Below the pieces are notes generated by a model. It did no database searches, had not been told where the DNA came from, and worked only from the letters and a program-made list of their open reading frames with translations. This document shows positions 1 to 8,642 of a DNA stretch of 64,000 nucleotides, piece after piece. The translations under genes and the position numbers were made by a program. Source of the DNA: Candidatus Marinacidobacterales bacterium (lineage in GTDB: Bacteria; Acidobacteriota; Vicinamibacteria; Marinacidobacterales; SMYC01); assembly GCA_965237955.1 (NCBI GenBank), contig OZ250169.1:2752001-2816000 (forward strand), written 5' to 3'. Position 1 is the stretch's first letter. Each line of letters opens with the position of its first letter.

Positions 1-2
1 TT

Positions 3-248
3 GCGAACGCGCTGAAGCCGGTCGTTCTTCCCGGAGAGTTCATGCGGGTCTTCATCCTCAAGGAGGGCAAGGAGTACAACCAGGGTGTGGCTTATCTCGA
101 CGACGGCACCATGGTGGTCGTCGACAACGCTAGAAAACTTCTCGGCAAAAACGTCGACGTCACCGTCACCAGCGTACTCCAAACGACCGCGGGCAAAATG
201 ATTTTCGGCAAAGCTATAGAATCGAACGCCTCCGTGGCCGCTAGATAG
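3..248 (+). CDS. PIN/TRAM-domain protein (YacL-like), C-terminal part, truncated by window edge
   Basis: Frame open from position 3; [12 protein letters not shown]...[20 protein letters not shown]...[14 protein letters not shown] is the TRAM domain typical of the gene upstream of ispD/ispF. Confidence 0.85.
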   Translation, partial: ANALKPVVLPGEFMRVFILKEGKEYNQGVAYLDDGTMVVVDNARKLLGKNVDVTVTSVLQTTAGKMIFGKAIESNASVAAR

Positions 249-309
249 TCGGTAGGTCGCTAACCAGCACGGCGGTCCCCTTGCCGGGGCGCCGCAATTA
301 GCAGACTGG

Positions 310-377
310 GCTATCCGCTATCCGCTGTCCGGCGCCCGGTTTCACAAGGCTGCGAGTGCACCGGGATAGCGGGTAGC
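310..377. repeat. Inverted heptamer tandem-repeat element (family A: GCTATCC / GGATAGC)
   Basis: GCTATCC-GCTATCC-GCTGTCC, spacer, GGATAGC-GGGTAGC; related copies at 3127-3147 and 46193-46266. Confidence 0.8.
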
Positions 378-462
378 GACACGATGCGCTCGTGATAAAA
401 CATACACGAGGGAATTTCTGATCGACTGGCTCAAGCTTCGGACGCTCTTCTGGTTCATTCCG

Positions 463-1140
463 TTGGTGACGGTCAACACCATCGTCTGTGGAGCCGTCTC
501 TCTTCTCGTCGCAGTCATCTTTCGTAGCGGCGAACCGTCGCATCGGGTCGCGAGCCTCTGGGCGTGGCTCATTCTCAAGATCTGCCTGGTTCGGGTCGAG
601 ATCGAGGGCGCAGGAAATCTCGAGCGTGGTCAGACTTACGTGCTGGCGTCGAATCACCAGAGTCTTTTCGACACCCCCATTCTTTTCGCGTATCTCCCGA
701 TTTCCTTTCGCATTCTCTACAAGAAGTCGTTGAACCGAGTTCCGTTCCTCGGGTGGCACCTCTTCATGAGTGGTCATATCCGGGTCGAGCGGGAAAGCCT
801 CACCAAGGCGCGGGAGAGTCTCGAACACGCTGCGGTACGGATCCGGAACGGCACGTCGGTCGCGGTGTTCCCGGAGGGTACGAGAAGCTACGATGGGGTC
901 ATGCGGACGTTCAAGAAGGGCAGCTTCCGGCTCGCGATCAAGGCGGGAGCAGCTATCGTGCCGATGACGATCATCGGCAGCCACATGGTGATGAAACGAG
1001 GCCAGGTGACCGTCTACCCGAAAACGGTGAAGCTCGTTATCGACCGCCCGATTCCCGTCGCGGACCTCGACGAGGATCAAGCGGACCCGCTGATGAAGCA
1101 GGTGCGGAGCGTCGTGAGCCGCAACCTGGAGCGCGGGTGA
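463..1140 (+). CDS. plsC: 1-acyl-sn-glycerol-3-phosphate acyltransferase (start may be the in-frame CTG at 418)
   Basis: NHQSLFD (HX4D) and FPEGTRS motifs. Confidence 0.9.
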   Translation: MVTVNTIVCGAVSLLVAVIFRSGEPSHRVASLWAWLILKICLVRVEIEGAGNLERGQTYVLASNHQSLFDTPILFAYLPISFRILYKKSLNRVPFLGWHLFMSGHIRVERESLTKARESLEHAAVRIRNGTSVAVFPEGTRSYDGVMRTFKKGSFRLAIKAGAAIVPMTIIGSHMVMKRGQVTVYPKTVKLVIDRPIPVADLDEDQADPLMKQVRSVVSRNLERG

Positions 1141-1150
1141 TGCTTTTTCT

Positions 1151-1242
1151 AACGCAAAGGCGCAAAGACGCAAAGACGCAAAGAAAGAATCCGCGCCGAA
1201 GGCGCTTCACTTTGCGCCTTCGCGCCTTTGCGCCTTTGCGTT
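1151..1242. repeat. Palindromic octamer tandem-repeat element (family C)
   Basis: AACGCAAAGGCGCAAAG...CGCCGAAGGCG...CTTTGCGCCTTTGCGTT; 17-bp perfect terminal inverted repeat. Confidence 0.9.
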
Positions 1243-1254
1243 GAACAAGGGGCC

Positions 1255-1950
1255 ATGGTCACGGCTAGCGCTATCATCGTTGCCGGTGGGTCGGGAAGCC
1301 GGTTCCGCTCGGAGACGCCGAAACAGTTCCTCGCATTGTCGGGGAAGCCGCTTCTGGCGCATACGCTCGCGCGTTTCGATGCTTGTGCCGCCATCGCGCA
1401 GATTGTACTCGTGTTGCCTGGTGATGGATTCAACCCGGCGCGCGAGATGATGGAGCGGTTCGTCGGCGACAAGCCGACCGACATCGTACCCGGTGGTGAT
1501 ACGCGTCAAGCGTCCGTCGGCGAAGGGCTCAGCTGTCTCGACCCTCAGCCTTCGAGCTTGATCGCGGTGCATGACGGTGCCCGTCCGCTGGTCGACGAAG
1601 AGCTCATCACCCGGGTCGTGGAAAAAGCGTCCGAGCACGGCGGTGCCATCGCTGCGATTCCAGTCGTCGAGACGTTGAAGGAAGTGTCGGACGCGATGGC
1701 GATCGAGCGCACTGTGGACCGACAGCGATACTACCGCGCACAGACGCCGCAATGTTTCCGCTACCGCGTCCTCTGTGAGGCATTCGAGGCGGCTCGGCGT
1801 GATGGTTTCGTCGGCACCGACGAGGCCGAGCTCGTCGAGCGCTTGGATGCTACGATTCACGTTGTGGCCGGGAGCGAGCACAACATCAAGGTAACGACCC
1901 CCGAGGACATGGCGCGCGCGGAATACTACTTGAGGAGCCTGAGCGGATGA
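1255..1950 (+). CDS. ispD: 2-C-methyl-D-erythritol 4-phosphate cytidylyltransferase
   Basis: AGGSGSRF...PKQFL, HDGARP, AQTPQ, NIKVTTPED motifs. Confidence 0.95.
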   Translation: MVTASAIIVAGGSGSRFRSETPKQFLALSGKPLLAHTLARFDACAAIAQIVLVLPGDGFNPAREMMERFVGDKPTDIVPGGDTRQASVGEGLSCLDPQPSSLIAVHDGARPLVDEELITRVVEKASEHGGAIAAIPVVETLKEVSDAMAIERTVDRQRYYRAQTPQCFRYRVLCEAFEAARRDGFVGTDEAELVERLDATIHVVAGSEHNIKVTTPEDMARAEYYLRSLSG

Positions 1951-2423
1951 GCTCGCGGGTGGGGATCGGTTTCGACGCGCACCGCCTCGTGGAAGGGCGC
2001 GAGCTGGTGCTCGGCGGTGAGCACATCGATTACGAGCGCGGACTCGTTGGGCATTCCGATGGCGACGTCCTCCTTCACGCTCTCGCCGACGCGTTGTTGG
2101 GCTCCGTCGCCGCACCCGATATCGGAGCACTCTTTCCCTCGGGCGATCCCGCGTGGAAGGGCGTGTCGAGCCAGCAGTTTCTCGAGAAGGCGCGTGCCGT
2201 CGTCGAGGAAAAGGGCTTTCGCGTGCACCAAGTCGATGTCGTCGTGATCGCGGAAGCACCCAAGCTTGCTGCGTATGTCCCATCGATCCGCGATCGTCTT
2301 TCCGTCATCCTCGGGATCCCGTTGGGATCAATAGGGCTGAAAGCGACGACGACCGACGGCATGGGGTTCACCGGGCGCGGCGAAGGAATTGCCGTTCAAG
2401 CGGTCGCTACGGTCACGACGTGA
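1947..2423 (+). CDS. ispF: 2-C-methyl-D-erythritol 2,4-cyclodiphosphate synthase
   Basis: GIGFDAH, GHSDGDVLLHA, KATT.DGMGFTGRGEGIA. Confidence 0.95.
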   Translation: MSSRVGIGFDAHRLVEGRELVLGGEHIDYERGLVGHSDGDVLLHALADALLGSVAAPDIGALFPSGDPAWKGVSSQQFLEKARAVVEEKGFRVHQVDVVVIAEAPKLAAYVPSIRDRLSVILGIPLGSIGLKATTTDGMGFTGRGEGIAVQAVATVTT

Positions 2424-3139
2424 ATCTCGTTCACGGCGTGCGCGCAGTGCGCGAAGCGCTCCGAGCGACGCCCCGACGCGTGCGCAAGCTCGTGCTGGCG
2501 GAGGGTCCCCTCGACGCGCGTAAGCAGGAGCTCATGGCGCTTGCGCGTGAGCACGGCATCCCGGTGTATAGGGAAGCCCGTGACCGTGCGGGCCGACAAC
2601 ATCAACAGGGGGTGGTGGCGGAGCTCGCGGCATTCGAGTGGATGGATTTCGACGCGCTCGTTGACGAAGCGCCCGCCCCTGCATTTTTCCTCGTGCTCGA
2701 TCAGGTCGAAGACCCGCGCAACTTCGGCGCCGTGGTCCGGGCCGCCGATGGCGCCGGTGTGCACGGTATCGTGGTTCCCGAGCGGAAGACGGCGCCTCCG
2801 TCCGACGTCGCCATCGCCGCCTCCGCCGGAGCCCTTCATCACGCCCGAATCGCCCGGGTCCGAAACATCTCCGACACGCTGAGCTCTCTGAGAGAGCGTG
2901 GCGTGTGGGTGATCGGCCTGAGCCCGGACGCGAAGGACCCGTGGTCGAGCTTTGACTACAAAGAGCCAGTCGCGATCGTGCTCGGCTCCGAGGGCAGGGG
3001 CCTGAGAAAGAGAGTCGCCGCCACCTGCGACACCCTGGTCTCGTTGCCCCAAATGGGCCAAGTGGAGTCCCTAAACCTCTCCGTAGCCGCCGGAATCGTG
3101 CTCTACGAGGTGGTCCGCCAACGGGCGGAAAGCGGGTAG
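2420..3139 (+). CDS. rlmB: 23S rRNA (Gm2251) 2'-O-methyltransferase, SPOUT/TrmH family
   Basis: GTG overlapping ispF stop; LDQVEDPRNFGAVVR, LGSEGRG, ESLNLSVAAG. Confidence 0.9.
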   Translation: MNLVHGVRAVREALRATPRRVRKLVLAEGPLDARKQELMALAREHGIPVYREARDRAGRQHQQGVVAELAAFEWMDFDALVDEAPAPAFFLVLDQVEDPRNFGAVVRAADGAGVHGIVVPERKTAPPSDVAIAASAGALHHARIARVRNISDTLSSLRERGVWVIGLSPDAKDPWSSFDYKEPVAIVLGSEGRGLRKRVAATCDTLVSLPQMGQVESLNLSVAAGIVLYEVVRQRAESG

Positions 3140-3147
3140 CGGGTAGC
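3127..3147. repeat. Heptamer family A arm overlapping the rlmB stop
   Basis: GGAAAGC-GGGTAGC-GGGTAGC. Confidence 0.6.
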
Positions 3148-3174
3148 CGGAGCTCCTGCATGCCGGAATGAACT

Positions 3175-3293
3175 TTGCATTCGCCGCGGGAAGCGCTATA
3201 CTATGGGTTTCCTGGGGAGGGACCCTCGCCTCGACAGTCGCCTCTAGAACTGCGTTTTATGTCTTGCAGGAGCAGTTTGTCCTCTGGTACAAT
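3175..3293 (+). promoter_or_regulatory. Tandem sigma70-type promoters of the tRNA-tuf operon
   Basis: TTGCAT-16-TATACT (3175-3202) and TTGCAG-18-TACAAT with extended TG (3264-3293). Confidence 0.6.
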
Positions 3294-3306
3294 CGCCTGT
3301 TTGCGA

Positions 3307-3382
3307 GCTGGCGTAGCTCAGTTGGTAGAGCAGCTGATTTGTAATCAGCCGGTCGGGGGTTCAAATCCCTTCGCCAGCCCCA
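3307..3382 (+). tRNA. tRNA-Thr(TGT)
   Basis: Acceptor GCTGGCG/CGCCAGC, anticodon loop TTTGTAA, GGTTCAAATCC, encoded CCA. Confidence 0.95.
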
Positions 3383-3462
3383 CGTTTCGTGGGCGTGGCC
3401 TCCCCGACCTCGATAAACGGATGACCTTCGGGCGGTGAGCCCTAACTCACTCGTGGAGAACC

Positions 3463-3549
3463 GGAGTGGTAGCGAAGCGGTCAAACGCAGCAGGCTGTAA
3501 ACCTGCCGGCCATGCGCCTTCGAAGGTTCGAATCCTTCCCGCTCCACCA
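3463..3549 (+). tRNA. tRNA-Tyr(GTA)
   Basis: GCAGG-CTGTAAA-CCTGC anticodon arm, long variable arm, GGTTCGAATCC, CCA. Confidence 0.95.
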
Positions 3550-3592
3550 ATTGTTTTGCCAAATTATTGGATGGAGTCAGGGGGATTTGCGC

Positions 3593-3668
3593 GCGGGAGT
3601 AGCTCAGTTGGTAGAGCATCAGCCTTCCAAGCTGAGGGTCGCGGGTCCGAGTCCCGTCTCCCGCTCCA
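3593..3668 (+). tRNA. tRNA-Gly(TCC)
   Basis: GCGGGAG/CTCCCGC acceptor, CTTCCAA loop, CCA; T-loop reads TCCGAGT. Confidence 0.93.
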
Positions 3669-3692
3669 TTTTGTCCGAGCGGTATTGCGAGG

Positions 3693-3767
<75 letters not shown>

Positions 3768-3832
3768 CTTATTTGTAGTGATGACGAGTACAAGCTGTGA
3801 GCTCCTAGTAATGATGTGAATGGAGACTGAGG

Positions 3833-5022
3833 ATGTCGAAAGAGAAATTCGATCGAAGTAAGCCGCATTTGAACGTGGGGACGGTAGGGCACGTGGACCA
3901 CGGGAAGACGACGTTGACGGCGGCGATCACGAAAGTGTTGGCGAAGAACGAGAAAGGCACGTCGTTTCGCAGCTTCGACTCGATCGACAACGCGCCTGAG
4001 GAAAAAGAGCGCGGGATCACGATTGCGACGGCGCACGTGGAGTATTCGACGCCGAACCGTCACTATGCGCACGTGGACTGCCCGGGTCACGCGGACTACG
4101 TGAAGAACATGATCACGGGGGCAGCGCAGATGGACGGTGCGATATTAGTGGTGTCAGCGGCGGACGGCCCGATGCCTCAGACCCGAGAGCACATACTGTT
4201 GGCGCGTCAGGTCGGGGTTCCGTACATCGTGGTGTTTCTGAACAAAGTGGACATGGTGGACGACGAAGAGCTTTTGGACCTGGTGGAGTTGGAAGTACGC
4301 GAGCTATTGTCGCAGTACGAGTTCCCGGGCGACGATATCCCGATCATTCGCGGCAGCGCGTTGAAAGCGCTCGAAGGCGACTCGGAAGAGGATGCAAAGC
4401 CGATCCACGAGCTGATGGCGGCGGTGGACGAATACATCCCGATTCCGAAGCGGGACGTGGACAAACCCTTCCTGATGCCGATCGAGGACGTGTTCTCGAT
4501 CTCGGGTCGGGGCACGGTGGTGACGGGCCGGATCGAGCGCGGGATTGTGAAGGTGAGTGAAGAGATCGAGATCGTGGGAATCACCGAGACGCGCAAGAAG
4601 GTCGTGACCGGGGTGGAGATGTTCAAGAAGCTCCTGGACGAAGGTCAGGCGGGCGACAATGTGGGTGTGCTGCTCCGAGGTACGGAGCGCTCGGACGTGG
4701 AGCGCGGGATGGTTCTGGCGAAGCCGGGGTCGATCACACCGCACACGAAGTTCCAAGCCGAGGTTTACGTGTTGTCGAAGGAAGAGGGCGGTCGTCACAC
4801 GCCGTTTTTCAACGGCTACCGTCCGCAGTTCTACTTCCGGACGACGGACGTGACGGGCTCGGCGACGTTGAACGAGGGAGTGGAAATGGTGATGCCGGGC
4901 GACAACACGTCGCTTGCGATCACGCTGATTACGCCGATCGCGATCGAAAAGGGCTTGCGGTTCGCCATCCGCGAAGGTGGCGGACCGTGGGCGCCGGTAC
5001 CGTGACCGACGTTATCGAGTAG
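3833..5022 (+). CDS. tuf: Elongation factor Tu, copy 1 (1-nt deletion near 4980 shifts the last ~13 codons)
   Basis: [21 protein letters not shown]; nearly identical to 20757-21947; homologous stop TAG at 5020-5022. Confidence 0.95.
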
Positions 5023-5119
5023 TCCGCCTTCGCTGGGGCATCCTTTATGGTGGGCCGCATGGTGAGTGAGCTCGGTTGAGACTGGATTCAATTTATTTGT
5101 TAGGAAGGGAAGACACGGC

Positions 5120-5272
5120 ATGCCGCGTGACATCGTTTCATTGGCCTGCTCGGAGTGTAAGCGACGCAACTATTCGACCACACGCAACAAGAGAAAGACG
5201 ACGGAGCGCTTGCAGTTCAAGAAGTATTGTCCTTTTTGCCGGACGCACGTGCTTCATAAGGAGTCGAAGTAG
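5120..5272 (+). CDS. rpmG: 50S ribosomal protein L33 (Zn-ribbon type)
   Basis: MPRDIVSLACSECKRRNY...KKYCPFCRTHVLHKE. Confidence 0.95.
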   Translation: MPRDIVSLACSECKRRNYSTTRNKRKTTERLQFKKYCPFCRTHVLHKESK

Positions 5273-5346
5273 GCCAGTAGCTCAATTGGCAGAGCACCGG
5301 TCTCCAAAACCGGGGGTTGGGGGTTCAAGTCCCTCCTGGCCTGCCA
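5271..5346 (+). tRNA. tRNA-Trp(CCA)
   Basis: AGGCCAG/CTGGCCT acceptor, CTCCAAA loop, GGTTCAAGTCC, CCA. Confidence 0.95.
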
Positions 5347-5409
5347 AACTTTGGGCCGAGTGTTGAGTGGAGATTAGAGGATGTCCGGGCCGAGCAAGAA
5401 GATGACCAA

Positions 5410-5622
5410 GTGAAGATCTTCGATTACTTCAAACGAGCGAGAACGTTCCTCGTCGAAGTGCGGAGCGAGTTCAAAAAAGTAACGTGGCCACCTCGTAAGG
5501 AGGTCTACGGCACGACGATCGTCGTCATTATTACTGTGTTCTTCTTCGGCTTTTATCTCTACGGGCTCGATGTGGCGATGTCGTACCTCGCCGCCGCATT
5601 GACGAGGTTGGTGGGAGCTTAG
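5410..5622 (+). CDS. secE: Preprotein translocase SecE
   Basis: EVRSEFKKVTWP plus one TM helix; position before nusG. Confidence 0.92.
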   Translation: MKIFDYFKRARTFLVEVRSEFKKVTWPPRKEVYGTTIVVIITVFFFGFYLYGLDVAMSYLAAALTRLVGA

Positions 5623-5842
5623 GGTCCGCGCAAGGATAAGTTCGCATTTTGGGGCGTCGAGGCGCCCGTATGGCAAGGCGCGAGGAGTGAATGATATCTA
5701 GATATATGAGCATACTTCCAGTTCGGCCGCTGACGCGGCCTAGCCCTCCGCTCGACAGGCTCGCTGCGGAAGGCGGCGAGCAACGCGGCCAGACGGGATG
5801 CATCGGCGTCCCAAAACGTGAAGTTATTCTTACGCGGGCCCT
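5621..5842. mobile_element. Non-coding MITE-like element with ~55-bp imperfect terminal inverted repeats
   Basis: Left AGGGTCCGCGCAAGGATAAGTTCGCATTTTGGGGCGTCGA vs reverse complement of right end AGGGCCCGCGTAAGAATAACTTCACGTTTTGGGACGCCGA; sits between secE and nusG. Confidence 0.7.
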
Positions 5843-5858
5843 CTAGGTGACAACGACC

Positions 5859-6392
5859 ATGGCCAAGCAGTGGTACATCGTCCACACCTATTCTGGCTTC
5901 GAGAAGAAGGTGTCGGAGAGCTTGAAACAGCGCGTTCAGGCTTTCGGCCTGGAGGAGCAGATCGGTGACGTTCTGATCCCGACGGAAGACGTCGTGGAGA
6001 TGAAGGGCGGCAAGAAAGTCGTCAGCGCCAAGAGGTTCTTTCCCGGCTATGTGCTCGTGCAAATGGAGATGAACGACGAGACCTGGCACGTCGTGAAGAA
6101 CACGCCGAAAGTGACGGGTTTCGTGGGCGCAGGGCAAAAGCCCGCCCCGCTGACCGACGAAGAGGTGGAACAGGTCATTCATCAGGTGACAGTGGCGGCT
6201 GCGGAAAAGCCCAAGCCCAAGTACACCTTCGAATCGGGCGAGGCGGTTCGCATTATCGACGGGCCGTTCAACAATTTTTCCGGCGTCGTGGACGAGGTCA
6301 ATTCGGACCGTAATACCTTGAAGGTGATGGTCACGATTTTCGGGCGCGCCACGCCGGTGGAACTGGACTTCCTCCAAGTGGAGAAAACATAA
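5859..6392 (+). CDS. nusG: Transcription termination/antitermination factor NusG
   Basis: [21 protein letters not shown] motif GPFNNFSG. Confidence 0.97.
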   Translation: MAKQWYIVHTYSGFEKKVSESLKQRVQAFGLEEQIGDVLIPTEDVVEMKGGKKVVSAKRFFPGYVLVQMEMNDETWHVVKNTPKVTGFVGAGQKPAPLTDEEVEQVIHQVTVAAAEKPKPKYTFESGEAVRIIDGPFNNFSGVVDEVNSDRNTLKVMVTIFGRATPVELDFLQVEKT

Positions 6393-6395
6393 GGC

Positions 6396-6818
6396 ATGGC
6401 GAAGAGAATCGTAGGTTTGATCAAGCTGCAAATCCCCGCGGGGAAGGCGACGCCGGCACCGCCGGTCGGCCCGGCGTTGGGGCAGCATCAAGTAAACATC
6501 ATGGATTTCTGCAAAGCCTTCAACGCCAGGACGGCGGGCCAGGATGGGCTCATCATCCCGGTCGTCATCACCGTCTACCAGGATCGGTCCTACACCTTCA
6601 TCACCAAGACGCCCCCGGCAGCGGTGCTCCTGAAGCGGGCGGCCGGAATCGCGAAGGGTTCCGGCGAGCCGAACCGCAACAAGGTCGGCAAGGTGACGGA
6701 GAAACAGGTGGAAGAGATCGCCAAGACGAAGATGCCCGATCTGAACGCAGCCGATATCGAAGCCGCGAAGCGGATCGTTGCGGGCACGGCGCGCAGTATG
6801 GGCCTGGAAGTCGAGTAG
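6396..6818 (+). CDS. rplK: 50S ribosomal protein L11
   Basis: [16 protein letters not shown]. Confidence 0.97.
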   Translation: MAKRIVGLIKLQIPAGKATPAPPVGPALGQHQVNIMDFCKAFNARTAGQDGLIIPVVITVYQDRSYTFITKTPPAAVLLKRAAGIAKGSGEPNRNKVGKVTEKQVEEIAKTKMPDLNAADIEAAKRIVAGTARSMGLEVE

Positions 6819-6827
6819 ACAATCATC

Positions 6828-7520
6828 ATGTCCGGTAAGAAATACAAAAAGGCGAAAGAAGAAGCAGGGACCGAGCCCTCTGAGAGCCTCGAGCACGCTA
6901 TCGAGCGCGTCAAGAAGGCCAGATTCGTGGGCTTCGACGAGACGTTGGACTTGGCAATGCGCCTCGGCGTCAACCCGAAGCACGCCGACCAAATGGTGCG
7001 CGGCACTGTCGTGTTGCCGCATGGACTCGGTGTCTCACGGCGCGTCTGCGTCATCGCGAGCGGCGAGAAGATGAAAGAGGCAGAGGACGCCGGTGCCGAT
7101 ATCGTTGGCGGTGAGGACCTGGTCGAGAAGATCCAGAAGGGGTTCATGGATTTCGATGCCGTGGTCGCGACCCCCGACGTGATGCGCTCCGTGGGTAAGC
7201 TCGGTAAGGTGCTCGGCCCGCGCGGACTCATGCCGAACCCGAAGACAGGCACCGTGACCTTCGACGTCTCAAAGGCCGTTCAGGAGATCAAGGCGGGGAA
7301 GGTGGAGTTTCGTGTCGACAAGACCGCTATCGTTCATGCTCCCGTTGGCAAGATGTCGTTTCCGGACGACAAGCTTCTCGAGAATCTGAGAACGCTCATC
7401 GACACCGTCCTGAAGGCGAAGCCGGCGGCGGCCAAGGGCAAGTACGTCAAGAGCATCGCTATCTCGTCCACGATGGGGCCGGGGGTTCGGATCGACCCCG
7501 CGGCCGTGGGCGCCAAGTAG
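6828..7520 (+). CDS. rplA: 50S ribosomal protein L1
   Basis: [33 protein letters not shown]. Confidence 0.97.
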   Translation: MSGKKYKKAKEEAGTEPSESLEHAIERVKKARFVGFDETLDLAMRLGVNPKHADQMVRGTVVLPHGLGVSRRVCVIASGEKMKEAEDAGADIVGGEDLVEKIQKGFMDFDAVVATPDVMRSVGKLGKVLGPRGLMPNPKTGTVTFDVSKAVQEIKAGKVEFRVDKTAIVHAPVGKMSFPDDKLLENLRTLIDTVLKAKPAAAKGKYVKSIAISSTMGPGVRIDPAAVGAK

Positions 7521-7541
7521 CCAAGTAAGAAAGGTCCAACA

Positions 7542-8054
7542 GTGGAACGAGCAGACAAACAAAAGACCGTCGAATCGCTGAACAAAGAACTCGGCTCTCT
7601 CGCTGCAGTCTTCGCCATCGATTATCGTGGGATCAAAGTTTCCGAAGCGACCGAGTTCCGCCGCAAAATCCGCGAGACCGGTGGAACCTACCGGGTCGTC
7701 AAGAACTCGCTCACGAAACGGGCTCTCGAAGGTACCGGCCTCGAGTCGCTCGAAGCGCACCTCGAGGGCATGACCGGGCTCGCATTCACCGAGACCGATC
7801 CGGTAGCGCTCGCGAAAGTGATCCACGACTTTGCCAAGGATGTTCCGGCGATCGCGTTCAAAGGCGGAATTCTCGACGACAAAGCGATGGACGAGGGCCA
7901 GTTCAAAGCTCTCGCGTCGTTGCCGAGCAAGGAAGCTTTGCAGTCGCAGCTGCTGTCGGTCCTGCAAGCGCCGATTCGCAACCTGCTGAGCGTACTCCAG
8001 GCCCCGGCCAGAGATTTGATCTTGGTACTAAAAGCAAAAGCGGACAAAGGCTAG
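7542..8054 (+). CDS. rplJ: 50S ribosomal protein L10
   Basis: DYRGIKV, VVKNSL, LASLPSKE; operon position. Confidence 0.95.
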   Translation: MERADKQKTVESLNKELGSLAAVFAIDYRGIKVSEATEFRRKIRETGGTYRVVKNSLTKRALEGTGLESLEAHLEGMTGLAFTETDPVALAKVIHDFAKDVPAIAFKGGILDDKAMDEGQFKALASLPSKEALQSQLLSVLQAPIRNLLSVLQAPARDLILVLKAKADKG

Positions 8055-8055
8055 A

Positions 8056-8086
8056 GGCTGATGGCTGATGGCCGACGGCTGATGGC
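8056..8086. repeat. Heptamer tandem repeat family B (GGCTGAT)
   Basis: GGCTGAT-GGCTGAT-GGCCGAC-GGCTGAT-GGC. Confidence 0.85.
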
Positions 8087-8124
8087 CCATCGAAACATCG
8101 ATAACGGCTAAGGAGCAAAAATAA

Positions 8125-8511
8125 ATGGCAGAGCTAAGTCAACAGGATGTAATCGAATACATCAAAGGTATGTCGGTCTTGCAAGTGTCCGAGATGGTCA
8201 AAAAGCTCGAGGATGAGCTCGGCGTGCAAGCCGCCGCCGCCATCCCCGTGGCCGCACTCGGCGCGGTTGCCGCCGGTGGTGGTGAGGCCGCAGAAGAGAA
8301 GACCGACTTCGACGTCATCTTGACCGCCATTGGTGACAAGAAGATCAACGTCATCAAGGTCGTCCGCGAGGTCACGAGCCTCGGCTTGAAAGAAGCCAAG
8401 GACCTCGTCGAGGCCGCGCCGAAGGCCGTCAAGGAAGGTATTCCCAAAGACGAAGCTGAAGAGGTCAAAAAGAAATTCGAGGCTGCGGGAGCACAAGTGG
8501 AGCTGAAGTAG
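8125..8511 (+). CDS. rplL: 50S ribosomal protein L7/L12
   Basis: [30 protein letters not shown]. Confidence 0.97.
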   Translation: MAELSQQDVIEYIKGMSVLQVSEMVKKLEDELGVQAAAAIPVAALGAVAAGGGEAAEEKTDFDVILTAIGDKKINVIKVVREVTSLGLKEAKDLVEAAPKAVKEGIPKDEAEEVKKKFEAAGAQVELK

Positions 8512-8589
8512 CTCTTGCTGACAGTCAATAAAATGTTGTTTAGGGCCAAAAGCTCACGCTCGACGTGTGCCTCGGCCCAGATTTGTTTT

Positions 8590-8628
8590 GCCGATGGCAG
8601 ATGGCTGATGGCCGAAGGCCGAAGGCCG
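8590..8628. repeat. Heptamer tandem repeat family B
   Basis: GCCGATG-GCAGATG-GCTGATG-GCCGAAG-GCCGAAG immediately before the rpoB RBS. Confidence 0.8.
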
Positions 8629-8642
8629 TAGGAGCACTTACC

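Noticed and set aside
8565-8642. Extended N-termini given by the ORF track (rpoB; likewise rpsC, rpsD, rplE, topA, ispD)
   Set aside because: They translate intergenic repeats; downstream starts match RBS position and conserved N-termini.
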